DNA of 64,000 nt from Eledone cirrhosa. Taxonomy: Eukaryota. Below are positions 29,187 through 42,788 of the stretch, piece by piece (position 1 is the stretch's first letter; the number at the start of each line of letters is the position of its first letter). The stretch covers positions 29,016,001 through 29,080,000 of the forward strand of contig OZ024759.1 of the NCBI GenBank assembly GCA_964016885.1, read 5' to 3'. A program made the translations under genes and the position numbers. The notes beneath the pieces were generated by a model, which did not search any database, was not told the origin of the DNA, and was given only the letters and a program-made list of their open reading frames with translations.

Positions 29187-29468
29187 AAATGGCGTGCTGC
29201 GTGGTTGCAAATGGGTTACATATGAATAAAATTAGTCCTTCATCCGTGAATTAATGAAGGCTGGAAGATCACTGATGAAGGACTAATTTTATTCATATAT
29301 ATATATATATAGAGAGAGAGATTTTGAGTTTATGTTGGTTGTATACCAACACCTCAGTATGCAGGCTGGAGCACTCGACGAATTGCGCAGGTTTTTTTGG
29401 TTACTCCGGAGTAGTGTAAAATAAAGTTAAATAAAAAGTCAAATGATTAAAATTTAGCTTCGTTTATT

Positions 29469-29525
29469 ACTGCTATATATATATTTCAGTGACAGCCATC
29501 TTTGGCTGTGACCTCTTCAGGCAGT
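29469..29525 (-). ncRNA. Type I hammerhead ribozyme (mirror copy, one extra TA in loop III)
   Basis: Reverse complement of 29705-29759. Confidence 0.75.
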
Positions 29526-29704
29526 TTGAATTAGTATGGTATAGACAAGTACATATGTTGTTTAGGTGTATAATATTGTCAATACTCTGATATGCCCAGT
29601 TCCTGGTTGGGTTGTTATTTCACTGGGGAACTGGGCATATCAGAGTATTGACAATATTATACACCTAAACAACATATGTACTTGTCTATACCATACTAAT
29701 TCAA

Positions 29705-29759
29705 ACTGCCTGAAGAGGTCACAGCCAAAGATGGCTGTCACTGAAATATATATAGCAGT
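29705..29759 (+). ncRNA. Type I hammerhead ribozyme with palindromic mini stem III
   Basis: actgc CTGAAGA ggtc-acagcca aaga tggctgt-cact GAAA tatata TA gcagt: intact core, stem I actgc/gcagt, strong stem II. Confidence 0.85.
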
Positions 29760-29928
29760 AATAAACGAAGCTAAATATATATATATATATAAGCAAAGGG
29801 ATGTTTAATTTGTTGGTAATTCAACAAATATATATATATTTATAACAGATTCGAAGCTCTCTACAGGTTTTCTGGAGTATAATATCAATGATATTAATAA
29901 ATGGAAACTATATTTATAAAACCATATT

Positions 29929-29989
29929 TATTTTATTATATATATTTCAAGGATATCAACACTTTGGTACGCTCTCATCAGATAAAATA
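29929..29989 (-). ncRNA. Type I hammerhead ribozyme motif
   Basis: Minus strand: tattttat CTGATGA gagcgtacc..gatatcctt GAAA tatata TA ataaaata (8-bp stem I, decayed stem II). Confidence 0.6.
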
Positions 29990-30052
29990 CAAAGTTTGTT
30001 TTATAAATATTGACATATCTAGGGATGAGACCTTAACGGTTCAAGGTTCAAG

Positions 30053-30125
<73 letters not shown>

Positions 30126-30238
30126 TATTCATCCATAAGTTTGAAATATCTGTCCTTTAAATCTCACTACCCAAGGAATATTCAACTGATAAGGTATGAT
30201 TTTCCTTGGCTATGTCAAAATTTATCAAACACTCTTTG

Positions 30239-30294
30239 TATTTTATCTGATGAAAGCGTACCAAAGTTTTTTGGTACCCTTGAAATATATATAA
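30239..30294 (+). ncRNA. Hammerhead motif interrupted by Helitron insertion
   Basis: tattttat CTGATGA aagc gtaccaaa gttt tttggtac cctt GAAA tatata TA a| ; the 3' stem I strand resumes at 31127. Confidence 0.65.
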
Positions 30295-31126
30295 CTAGCT
30301 GACGTACCCAGCTTCGCCCGGGTAAACATGATAAGGTAAAAGAGAAAATGATTCTATTGGATGTTTGTCTAGTTACAGTATGAGGCGAGCCCGTGAAGTC
30401 TGTGTGATACAAAAACAGTAAATAAAATATTCCTGATATACCAATACCAGATTCTTCGTTGTACCGTTTGTGCATAGTATATGAACAATACTAGGTGCTC
30501 CCACCTAGAATAGTGACCTCTAGGAGATGGTTCATCTTCTGCCTGACTGTAAAGCGTGTATCATTGCATAGACGTGGTTGTTCCACGTTTCTCAAAAGGA
30601 TGATGGAAGTTCCAATCTTTTATATTATATGTAGATATAGATAATTAATATAAAAGATGTCCATCAATGTCCAGATGTCCAACTCTGTGTATGTTAGATT
30701 GACAGACAGGCACACAGACAGATAAACTGCGTGGCGATTGTGGGATGCGGCACGTACACGCATGGAAACGCGCACACGCACGCAAACTTACGCACACACT
30801 CACACATGTTGATAGTTTTTACTTTCTGTGGAACGCTGCACGCACGCACGCACGCACATATAAACATACGCGCACGTACATACACACGCACACATGTTAA
30901 TAGTTATTGCTTTCCTTCCCCTCTTATTTCCACACACACACACACGTCTCTACACTGACACATATACATAGTGTTCACTTTGCCTCTCACTCGCTCATTA
31001 GCATTATGCATATTAATTTAAGTTTGGCGTCGTTGAGGTGGGCGGAGTCGTTTGAAACCTATGAACCAATGATAATAGAGAATTATGACACACGGAATAC
31101 TGACATTGTTGAAATTAATATATAGA
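30295..31126 (-). mobile_element. Non-autonomous Helitron
   Basis: On the minus strand: 5'-TC(tatatatt) start, CTAG-3' end, subterminal hairpin acccgg gcgaag ctgggt, inserted between A and T. The interrupted host repeat rejoins (gaaatatatataa|tagaataaatatagttttataaatatagtttcc, compare 9080-9130). Confidence 0.8.
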
Positions 31127-31318
31127 TAGAATAAATATAGTTTTATAAATATAGTTTCCATTTATTCAATATCATTATATATATATAGTGAAAAGATAAC
31201 AAGGACGATTGGTCACTCCTTCATTACTATCTTTTCACTATAATACACACTGTCTAGCTCTACATCTCACTATCACCTATACCACTATTGCTACCATCAT
31301 TATCACTGAACCATTGAT

Positions 31319-31351
<33 letters not shown>

Positions 31352-31451
31352 TGACAGCTGCCATACCTAATGAATGAAACGGTCTCGTTACATACATTCA
31401 AATATAATGACTTGTTGTTTGTGTGTAATTTAACGTTAAGCCGTTCCACCG

Positions 31452-31487
<36 letters not shown>

Positions 31488-32440
31488 TAGACAGATAGAC
31501 ATAGGCATATATTGGGAAATATCAACCTATCTATTGACTCTCTCTTACACACACACACACATATATATAATGACTTGTTTGTGTTAGGCTTTGCTCCACC
31601 GAATACACACACATACACACTAATTCACAAATACACACACATAATATATTGGTCAACACAATAATAAACATCTATTGACAGTTGCTTTTATACACACCCC
31701 ATGTAGCAATATGATATTTGTCACTTTCCTTCTCTCTCTCTCTCTCTCATATACATATCGATACATAAAACTGTAGTAAGCCCCCTTCCATCTCATCATT
31801 GATGTATATATATATATACACACATACACTCACGTCCATTAAATTATATAGACACGAAAGCATTCACTTCTGTCATAATCATGTCTTGATTATGTAACTA
31901 TTATATTATATACATACACACACTTGTGGTGTGGTGTGTGTATGTAACAGATAGGCTGAGATTCATTCAGTCGTAGAACAAAACATGCCAGCAGTCCTTC
32001 GTCTATTGAATGTTGAATGGAAGGGACAACGTAAGTGTGTGTGACAGAGACGAGGCATGGCTTTATTGCATCGATACACACACATTGATACACACATCCA
32101 TTGATACACACATCCATTGATATACACGGCCATTCCTGGTTAGAAACCCCATCACAGTCGCGTGTACATACACTGATACACATGCTATTGTTTATAAACA
32201 CCATCATAAGCACACACACACACATGTTCGTTGCTATAAAAATCACAATGGACGGACATACTAACACAGACACATTATTCATAATTTGATACATCTAAGA
32301 CTGAATGAACACACATACGTACACTACTAATACCCGTACACGTGTGCGTGCTGGTAAAACCCAATAAGGGTCAGACATATAAGCATATCATACATATTCA
32401 CACACATTCATAGTTATAAACCAAAGCATAGGTACATACA

Positions 32441-32496
<56 letters not shown>

Positions 32497-32631
32497 CGTG
32501 GTTATAACAGTCGGCAGTATGATCCACACACGCGTGGAGTATAAAACTCAACATAGACAGGGACATACATAAATACCCTTTGTCGAGTCTACAGGTAAAT
32601 ATAATGAATATATTAACACCAAGGGACTTTA

Positions 32632-32903
32632 GGAGGCACGTGGCCTAATGATAAGGGTGTCTGACTTACGATCATAATATCGTGGGTTGTGTGTTGTGTT
32701 CCTGAGCTAAACACTTCATTTCACGATGCTCCAGTAGTATACTCAGCTGAAAATGAGTACCAGCAGCAATAACTGGGAGTTTAACCCTGCAGTGGACTGG
32801 CGTCCTGTCCAGAGGGGAGTCTTGTACTTTCGGGGTGGTTTCACGCGACGGAATCCGGGTTAAGAACCGACCTGGTGAGCCTCCAGGGCTCGAGACAAAC
32901 TTT
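32632..32903 (+). mobile_element. tRNA-derived SINE family 2 (V-domain-like ccctgcagtggactggcgtcctgtccag)
   Basis: tRNA-like head ggaggcacgtggcctaatg; homologues at 50772, 63826 and ~38770-38990 (-). Confidence 0.7.
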
Positions 32904-33195
32904 TATAAGGAGACATGAGACGATGCACAGCTAGATGAGTTCGTCTTCTTCTTCGCCCACTTATTCCCTGAGAGGGTCATGGGGACAGAGTCCTCAAACA
33001 CTCCTTCGATTGGGGGCCTGTCTGAAGCAACCGTCTCCAACTGATCCGGCTGGATCCCCAAGCGATACCAGCCAAGCTCATGGATGTGATTCAACTATTT
33101 TACTCAGGGTCTACTCCTGTCTCTTGCTGGTTGGTTCGACTTAACGGTTTATATCTGAATTATATCTGGTTGCTCGGAGTAGGGAGTCTAAAAAC

Positions 33196-33365
33196 CCTTT
33201 ATTAACGAAAGCTGCGATACATATTTCAATGATGGCTATTGAAATATGTATCACAGCTTTGTTAATAAAGGATTTTTATAAAAACCTATCCCTGCATATA
33301 CTCCGTCACTGGTTTTGAGTGCTTAAATCAAATTGCATCATTATTCACTCATTCGTGTGTTGCAT
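33196..33365. mobile_element. Small fold-back with hammerhead 3' half (GAAA tatgta TC acagc) and tail motif ttgagtgc
   Basis: Arms ~33196-33231/33239-33272. Confidence 0.5.
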
Positions 33366-33574
33366 TCATAACTCCGATTAGTCAATATGTTTACCATACT
33401 CGCAAGTGTTTTTTAAGCTTCATATCATGTCTCCCTATTTTATCTGATGAGAACGCAAATATCATCCCATGATGATATTTGTTTTTGAAATGCGCATAAT
33501 AAAATACATGGAACTCTTTTAACCATCTTGTGATCTTATAAATATATATATGTGTGTGTGTGTATGTTATTACC

Positions 33575-33792
33575 ATGGAAAAAGGAAAGGGAAGAAGAGT
33601 GCTCTAAGTATAGTACAGAGCTATTTAATTATGTAATAAACAATACAATATAATTATTCCATTACTCAAGGTTTCACGATTCTAACAGTGGCATCTGAAG
33701 CCATTCTGAACGGCTTCAGATACCTCTGTTAGAATCGTGAAACCTTGAGTAATGGAATAATTATATTGTATTGTTTATTACATAATTAAATA
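33575..33792. mobile_element. Fold-back element (~80-bp arms) ending in (TA)n
   Basis: Arms ~33622-33702/33712-33792, near-perfect. Confidence 0.7.
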
Positions 33793-33809
33793 TATATATA
33801 TATATATAT

Positions 33810-34030
33810 GATCACCGACATCCAGAGTTGACATTGCACTCAGTACTCCTTTGGGAGCCCCTACATGGACACACTAGAAGAGGAAGACCAAGGTTAACAT
33901 ATGTTGATGCCCTAAGGACAGACACTGGTCTGTTGGAGGTGCAGGATATGGCAGCGATAATGAGGGACAGAGACCGCTGGAGAGAACTCGTCCATGGATC
34001 TCGGGAATTTTACCCGCCTTAGATAGATAT
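33810..34030 (+). mobile_element. RTE-clade LINE 3' end (5'-truncated)
   Basis: VLLWEPLHGHTRRGRPRLTYVDALRTDTG...MRDRDRWRELV is a typical RTE ORF C-terminus; (AGAT)n tail directly after the stop. Confidence 0.8.
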
Positions 34031-34294
34031 ATATATACTTACACACATACATGCACATTTTTATGAAGCTAAACTACAGCCATCTTCTGAAGACTTGCGT
34101 GCAATGTATGTGTATATATATATATATAAATGTGTGTGTGTGTGTGTGTGGTGTGTGTGTGTGTGTAAGTTACAAATTCTTTTCCTTTTCAACGCATTAT
34201 CTCAGATCAAGTCATTTGCCCAAAAAGTGCAGCTGAAGAGAACATCAACAACAATAATAATCATCACTATTGACTTTTTCGGGGGCCTCTTCCC

Positions 34295-34351
<57 letters not shown>

Positions 34352-34479
34352 GTGTGGCGGTATATTTTGTTTTTAAAGAGTTTATCTTCACCTCTTTACA
34401 CATTTGTTGTTGTTGTTTTTTAATCTTCGTCAGCGCAGTCTTGTTCCTTCATCATCATCACCCCCACCATCACCACTGC

Positions 34480-34514
<35 letters not shown>

Positions 34515-34655
34515 CCCCCACCACCATCACCACCAACATCATCTACTGCTCAGCTACCACCAAAACCCTCCTTTCGCCGTATTTTCTTATCATCTAACAA
34601 CTTCTTATCTTCTGTGGCACATATTCCAACCAACACGCCCAATTACCACCACCAT

Positions 34656-34691
<36 letters not shown>

Positions 34692-35469
34692 AATTACTAC
34701 TACTACTACTACCACCACTACCACTATTACTACTACCGCAACTACAACCACTATTACTAGTACCGCTATCATTACAACTACAACCACCACCACAATTACT
34801 ACCATTACTACTACTACAACCACCACCAACACCATCATTACTACCACTAGTACTACAACCAGTACCACTACAGACCCTTTAAGATAACTACAACTAGTAT
34901 CTTAACATAAGTAATCCACCATTAAAGATATAACTACCACCAGCAGGACGCTAGAAATAGCAGCCAAATATATCCTTTAAAACAAGCCTCATCCATTTCT
35001 GTCTTTAGGGGATAGAAAGGACATTGTATTGTCTTCCTAGATAGTCTATAGGGGTGTTCCCGGCTGGATCGGGGCTGCTGGAAGTGATTATACAACAAAA
35101 CCACCTGTCGCTATTCTGTCTGTGACATCCACCCACCCGGAGTTCTGAATGTCGGAGAGGTGAAGGGGACGATTTGGGTGTGCGGGCGTGAGAACCTTTC
35201 ATCGGCTGGTTCGTACTGTTACCATTGGTCACTTACACATACATATGTGGTAACATACCACTTGTTTATAGAAGACGGCCATCTCTCCTACGTTGTACTC
35301 ATCCAACAGCCACGAACACGCGAATTACTCTGCAAACCTAAGGGCAGCAGCAACGAACTCCCTCTTGCACCAATGTCCAGCCAACACAGGCTGGAGATAG
35401 AATGTGTTGCAACAAGGGCGGTGCCCTAGGATGGCCTCAGCCGGGTGGTTGGAACAGGTAAAATAGTAA

Positions 35470-35630
35470 AAGAATAAATCTGCCTCGCTCCTGCATACCC
35501 TTTTAACAGATGTACACGCATAAGGCTCCTGAATAGCTTTGCTGCTTGCTCCCTATGCATTCTCATATGGCCGCTGGAGTCCAGCAGCAGCAGACCTACA
35601 ATCTTTGTCGCAAAACTGACACGATTACTC
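35470..35630 (-). pseudogene. Degenerate C2H2 zinc-finger pair, probably non-LTR retrotransposon-derived
   Basis: Minus strand CQFCDKDCRSAAAGLQR/HMRMH (frameshift), then YACTSVKRVCRSEADL. Confidence 0.5.
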
Positions 35631-35660
35631 CATAGTCCTTTCAAGGAGGGCATCAACGTA

Positions 35661-35724
<64 letters not shown>

Positions 35725-35839
35725 GTGTCCGCAGATACGATGCCAAAAACATGGAACCCATAAGCAACAAATCTTGTTTATCTGACCTGTCTCATTTCAG
35801 AACATGACAACTCGCCCAGCCCAAGCATGGAAAATGAAC

Positions 35840-35916
<77 letters not shown>

Positions 35917-35921
<5 letters not shown>

Positions 35922-36149
35922 TTATTAAAATAACAGATTAACGTTTAAGCAAAGAATCGCTGCTTTCACCCATAACGGGATCTTCTGAAGAGTTTCAGAA
36001 GATCCCGTTAAGGGTGAAAGCAGCGATTCTTTGCTTAAACTTTAATCTGTTATTTTAATAAATACATGCTCTACGGTTCTTATAATATCTGATATATATT
36101 TATCCTTATCGAGCCCTCTTTGGATTTTAGTCTTCAAATTTATTATTAT

Positions 36150-36153
<4 letters not shown>
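35917..36153. mobile_element. Family E fold-back PLE-like element with variant hammerhead (35991-36041, +)
   Basis: Arms ~35917-35989/35994-36064; agttt CAGAAGA tccc gttaa gggt GAAA gca gcgattctt tgc TT aaact; tail with tcgagccc; (TA)n on both sides. Confidence 0.75.
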
Positions 36154-36217
<64 letters not shown>

Positions 36218-36610
36218 TTAAAAAATAGCAAGTCACGCACGCACAGGGATGCAAATCAGTCTTGTTAATATGAAGCTTAAAAGGAAGTATAAGGTTTAAA
36301 ATTGTATTGAACGACCATTTTCCATGCTGACATGGCTGGAAAATTCAAAAGAAAATTTATCAGGAGAAAAACACCTGTGTGTGTGTGTGTACACCTTTTC
36401 CTTCCGAGAAAAAAAGGTTTTCCCCGTTTTCTTTTTTTCTCCTTTTCTATTTCTCACTCTGTCTTTCCGATGAAAGACTAACATCCGCAACGCCAAGGCT
36501 CTTTTCCTACTATAGCAAGCGTCAAACTAATATATATCACTGTAGTGTATTAATTTCGCGTGTTATTTTCCCTTGACTTTTCATATACACACACATGCTC
36601 ACTTATATCA

Positions 36611-36669
<59 letters not shown>

Positions 36670-37049
36670 TATACAAAGAAGACATTAGAATAGTTAATTT
36701 TTTTTTTAGACATGAAGAATTAACAGAAACAAGGAGAGAAAGAGGAGTGCGTATGTGTGTGTGTGAGAGAGAGAGATAGTGTGCGTGTGAGAGAGAGAGA
36801 GTGTGTGTGAGAGAGAGAGAGAGAGAGTGTGTGTGTGTGTGTGAGAGAGAGAGATAGTGTGCGTGTGAGAGAGAGAGAGAGTGTGTGTGTGTGTGAGAGA
36901 GAGAGAGAGTTGTGGAGACTGTCTGGTGATAACTATCGTATTTCCAAACTAATTGTTGCGAATGAGAAAAATCTTTTCCTTATGATTTAGTACACAGAAT
37001 GTTCTAGGTAGGAAAGGGTTAACCAAGTGATACACAGACACACTGGAGA

Positions 37050-37139
<90 letters not shown>

Positions 37140-37222
37140 GTGTGTACGTGTATAATTATGAATGTTTGTCTTGTTTTCCATCAATTTTGGAGCTACGTAA
37201 AGTATGTATATATGTATGCATA

Positions 37223-37345
<123 letters not shown>

Positions 37346-37486
37346 ATATATGTACGTCGCTGTGTAATGGTTCCTGTGAACACAAAAAATGGTAAAAGTT
37401 ATATTTGGAATAACCAGTGTCAGTTAATCCACACCTCGTGTGTATGTTGTACGTCCATATGTACATGAATATGTATATGTGGCATA

Positions 37487-37520
<34 letters not shown>

Positions 37521-37802
37521 ATTACACACACTGTGAACGCCATAACTTGAAAGATTACTCTAATATATATTCCAGGTTTTCATGAGGTCGTGGAAAACTG
37601 ATGCTCGGGTTTCGTCTGTCGATTCTGTGTGTGTATGTGTCTGCATACATACATATATGTGTGTGTATGTATACATACATACATATATGTGTGTCTATGT
37701 GTATGTATACATACATATATGTGTGTCTATGTTTTGCTAAGTAATGTGTTGGGTTTGCCTTTATATAAATATAAATATAGATATATATATGTGTGTGTGT
37801 GT

Positions 37803-37847
<45 letters not shown>

Positions 37848-38250
37848 TGTGTATATTGTTTATCCAATTTCCAACGTAACGGGTCCTTTAGTGTCGCATA
37901 CAGGAATGTCTATCTATCAACTTGGCACCGATCGTTGTAGCTGTCGTGTGGAGCTGCTTTCTACGGAGCGTGACGAGAAGTTTTTCAAGAGATTCTGAGC
38001 GTTACGGGTGACAGGGTGGCAGAGAGAGAGAGAGAGAGTGTGCTAGAAAGTTGACAGGGAGACAGAGAAGGGGGAGGAGAGATAGATATATAGACACACA
38101 GAGCAGGACATGAAGGAGAAAGAGAGATAGAAGAAACAATAAGAGGCATACAGAGAGAGGGAGAAACTGGGACAACCGTTGTGATGTCGTACTTTAAAGA
38201 CTTGAATTTGTAAATTAGTTTGGCACCCTCTCTTTTCATACACGCACACA

Positions 38251-38375
38251 GTCCTGATGGTTTCTTACGAATGAAACAGTCCTAGTCCTGTAGAAGCCAT
38301 TTATTTCTATAATAAAATAAATATACCTTTACTTTACCAATGTACTGAGTACCTTTTTTAAACCACCTCCCGGTT
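38251..38375 (+). mobile_element. Diverged family B hammerhead plus tail
   Basis: ctgatgg tttcttacgaat gaaa cag tcctagtc ctg ta; tactgagtac motif. Similar relics at 13368-13500, 20190-20365 (fold-back) and 60468-60525 (-). Confidence 0.55.
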
Positions 38376-38398
38376 TACATCAGAAACCCACGCGCGCG

Positions 38399-38519
<121 letters not shown>

Positions 38520-39523
38520 CGAAGGAAGTGTGGTAAGGAACCAGGTGGACCATAACTTACCAAGAGTACCCGGTTATAGTGGTGGAAATAAGAAGCACAG
38601 GAAAAATTCGCATCCCCGAGGCGCCTCTGTCCCCCTTTCTCCGTCTCCAGGGGTTATAATAACCGGCTTTTATCATGGCTCTATCTGTTGGAATGTACAC
38701 ATCTCAAATTATATTGTATATATATGCACCCACTTATGAAATATACATATTGCATGAAAAAAAAAAGACCCGGTTTGGTTGGCGTTAAGCGACTGAGGGT
38801 ACAAAATTCCCATCCTCCCTGGACTTGACGCCAGTCCATGGCAGGGTTAACTCCCAATTGCTGCCTCCGTAGCTCCCGGTACTCATTTTAAGCTAAATTA
38901 AATGTTTTTCTTTGTTGTTTTTTTTTAACTCAAGACTCAAAATCGAACCCACGACATTTACAATCGCGAGCTTAACACTAACCACAAGGGCACTCTCTCT
39001 TCCCTTTGTCCCTACAGGGTGGGATCGGATCCTTTAAAAACAAACTAATCTACCATTCACGTGACGAGTTAACTAATGTAAACCCCGCGTTTTGTTGTAA
39101 CTCACTTCAAACTTGCCACCAACACGTGGAATCTTTTGCCAGTACTTTCCTATGGAATACGGTCTCTCTCGTAAGCTAAGTTGAATGGGTTTTTTTGCCC
39201 AATATATATATATGAAAGATTCGGGATCCTGACAGCTGAGCTCCTGCCCTTCTAACAGCTAGATCCTAACTCATATTACCCACTCTACTACCCCAAGTAT
39301 CGAGTACTTTGGTGAGTAATGGTCTAAATGGTTTTTACTGCATCCATTCTGACACACACACTCCTACTATATCAAGGGTTAAATTAATTATATATCATCA
39401 CAGCACTGTATTGTTCTCCTATGCTTTTCTTTTGTTGACTTTTCGCATGTGTGTGTATGTGTGCGTGTGTATATATATATATATATATATAATGTATTGT
39501 ATATATATATATATATATAATGT

Positions 39524-39556
<33 letters not shown>

Positions 39557-39560
<4 letters not shown>

Positions 39561-39741
39561 GTTTCTACTTTAGGCACAAGGCCAGCAATTATCCAGTGCA
39601 TTACTGGTACTTTATTTTATCGACCCCGTAAGGATGAAAGGCAAAGTCAACCTCGGCGGGATTTGAACTCAGATCGTAAAGGGACGTAACTATGCTGGAA
39701 AGCATGGCGTCCGACCCTCTACCGATACTGCCAATCCACCG
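39557..39741 (-). mobile_element. SINE family 1, full length
   Basis: A and B boxes, core, tail. Confidence 0.9.
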
Positions 39742-39988
39742 AATGTATTGTATATATATATATATATATATGTGGGAAAAGAGTCAGGACCCCGACGGCT
39801 GAGCTCTGGCCGTTTCGACAGCTAGATCCGGACTTTATATAACCAAAGTTTATATGGTTCGTTGATTATTCAACGACTACAATTTTACAATAGATTAGAA
39901 GCACTCGACAAAAAGTTTTTCTGGAGTATTTAATATTCAAAATATTAATAAATGTAAAATATTCTCATTATCAAAACAATATATTTTG

Positions 39989-40072
<84 letters not shown>

Positions 40073-40411
40073 GAGAGGTATAGAGATTGTTTTAGCAAGA
40101 AGCTAACGGCATTCTGTAACATATATGCGACTGTAACGTCAAGATGGGAAAAGTAGTTAACGAAAGATTTAGGAAAAATAACTCAAACTCATCTCAAAAG
40201 AGAATCAGGATATAAATTCATCCACAGAATTTAGTAAAATCCAGGGAAAAATCTATAGACCTTTAACTCATGATAAAATAATGATATATATATATATATA
40301 TATCAGTTCCTCAGAGAAATAACAACGCAACCAGGAGCTGAACATATCGGAGTATTGACGGAGTAAAACACTTTAACAACATGTGTACCTGTCTCTGCCA
40401 CACCAATTCGA

Positions 40412-40466
40412 ACTGCCTGAAGAGGCCACAGCGAATGATGGCTGTCACCGAAATATATATAACAGT
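40412..40466 (+). ncRNA. Family C hammerhead motif (diverged copy)
   Basis: actgc CTGAAGA ggccacagc..gctgtcacc GAAA tatata TA acagt. Confidence 0.6.
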
Positions 40467-40515
40467 ACATCTTTAATAAACGAGGCCAAATCTTAAATAT
40501 TTGACTTAATTACTT

Positions 40516-40573
<58 letters not shown>

Positions 40574-40885
40574 ATACGATCTAGTCCTAAAAAATTACTA
40601 CATGAAACAAAATAGAAAATGTGGGAAGAGGAATTGAGTAATCCTGGGTCTGGAAGAGGGGCCACTGGACCTTATACAATTGAAAATGTGGGAGAAAGAA
40701 TAGAAGAAACTTGTATTGATTTAATACCAATGAAACTGGGGTAATCTCCGGCCTGATATCCCCCCCCCCCACACACACACACACCGGGACATGGCAAAGA
40801 ATTTTCTCTTAGGGAATCCACTCACAGCTATCAACGTTTAAAAGCTGCTCACGTAAGCTTTTCTCAACTCTAGCACCATTTGCCA

Positions 40886-40976
<91 letters not shown>

Positions 40977-41037
40977 TCTTTTACCTGTTTCAGCCATCCG
41001 GCTGAGGCCACGCTGGGGCACACACACACATATATAT

Positions 41038-41225
41038 AATTGTTTCTACTTTAGGCACAAGGCCAGCAATTACCCAGTACATTACTGGTACTTAATTTTA
41101 TCGACCCCGTCAGGATGAAAGGCAAAGTTAACCTTGGTGGGATTTGAACTGAGACCGTAAAGGGACGTAACTATGCTAGAAATCACGGCTTCCAACCCTC
41201 TACCAATACTGCCAATTCACCACCC
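41038..41225 (-). mobile_element. SINE family 1
   Basis: Homology to the 39557 copy. Confidence 0.85.
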
Positions 41226-41448
41226 TACAGCACGGACACTCTATCTCAAAATTATTTTTGAAAAGCATTTAGAAATGCGCAACCGATAAAAACTTAAAAA
41301 CTTAAAACCACAACTGAATACTAACCCATACAATCACTAATACTCTTTTATTCCTAATTAAACCATTTTTCAACTGTGAACAATTTGTCAGCATTTTCTA
41401 TTCCGTTTACCAATATATAATAACTTGTGTGTTACACCTCTATTCTTT

Positions 41449-41532
<84 letters not shown>

Positions 41533-41934
41533 CCAACCTACCTTATCTCCTCATCTGATCACTATCCTCCACCACCGGCACCATGCCCCCAATGTGCAAC
41601 CCCCTACTCCCAACTTTCCAACACCCACACCACCTCTCCAGCCCACACATCCACTCACACCACTTTCCAATCCCACAAAAACCTCCACTTCACACCTCCT
41701 CCATCGCCCTACCTTGCGCTCCACCACCACCACATCCCAAACCCCACTCCTCCACCACCCCACCCCACCCCACCACACCACCCGACCCGCCACCCCACCA
41801 TAAACTCCATATGTTTGTCCTAACCTGAAATTTAACCAAACAAATATCATTTACTGCCAGAACCCAAAACTTAAGTAGAAAGAAATAGCGAACCCTTCTC
41901 CACCACCTACCCCCGCCATCACCATCTACCCTAT

Positions 41935-42300
41935 CCACTGTACCCCACCACCACCACCACCATTTACACTGATATATATCTACTGCACCCTTCCACCACC
42001 ACCAACCCCACCGCCATATACCCACTGCACCCTTCCACCACCACCTACCCCACCACCATCTACCCACTGCACCCTTCCACCACCACCTACCCCACCGCCA
42101 TATACCCACTGCACCCTTCCACCACCACCTACCCCACTGCACCCTTCCACCGCCATATACCCACTGCACCCTTCCACCACCACCACCTACCCCACCGCCA
42201 TATACCCACTGCACCCTTTCACCACCACCTACCCCACCGCCATATACCCACTGCACCCTTCCACCACCACCTACCCCCACCACCATCTACCCACTGCACC
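41935..42300. repeat. C-rich minisatellite (tacccactgcacccttccaccaccacc core)
   Basis: About 9 imperfect units. Confidence 0.85.
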
Positions 42301-42424
42301 CTCTCCCCCCCCATTAACCGTTAGCAATAGTTGCTATGTGATGATGGTGGAGGCGGCGGGAGTGTTTTGTCAGGCAATTTAATGGTGCTGCTTCCTTTAA
42401 TGACTTACTCCATGGTGTGTTGAG

Positions 42425-42487
<63 letters not shown>

Positions 42488-42490
<3 letters not shown>

Positions 42491-42788
42491 TGGCTGCCAA
42501 CTCGTTTTCGAGTACGGCCACTACTTTATATCCATGTAGGAGAACCCCTACCGATGCGCTGAACGAGTGTGACTTTTGAGTCCAGCCAGCGACTTGATAA
42601 CTCTGGTACAAACACTACACTTGTGACAATTATTGACACATAGTGCTGGGCCCATGGTACCATGTGACAAGTGCAGAGAGATCTCCAGATATAAAGCAAT
42701 GCCTGTGCCATGAAGCTTTTATAGTGAGCAAAGGCATTGCACAGAGCCAGTCCCACTCTCTTAACCAAGATGATATTTACCAAAAAGT
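42488..42788 (+). mobile_element. Dispersed repeat, possible Penelope GIY-YIG C-terminal remnant; second copy 52490-52835 (-)
   Basis: Two homologous ~300-bp copies, each starting at a (TA)n tract. Translation ..W..SAETSPDIKQCLCREAFIV...SLNQDDIYQK loosely resembles the W..A..Y...KxCxLCxxEK..I...LN motif of PLE endonucleases. Confidence 0.45.

Larger units (their letters stand above)
29325..29775. mobile_element. Family C fold-back PLE-like element
   Basis: Arms ~29453-29603/29627-29775; left arm extends to the gcactcga motif (~29370). Confidence 0.8.

Noticed and set aside
35985-35991. Canonical CTGAAGA at the centre of the family E palindrome
   Set aside because: By-product of the inversion junction; no matching stem I or stem II geometry.
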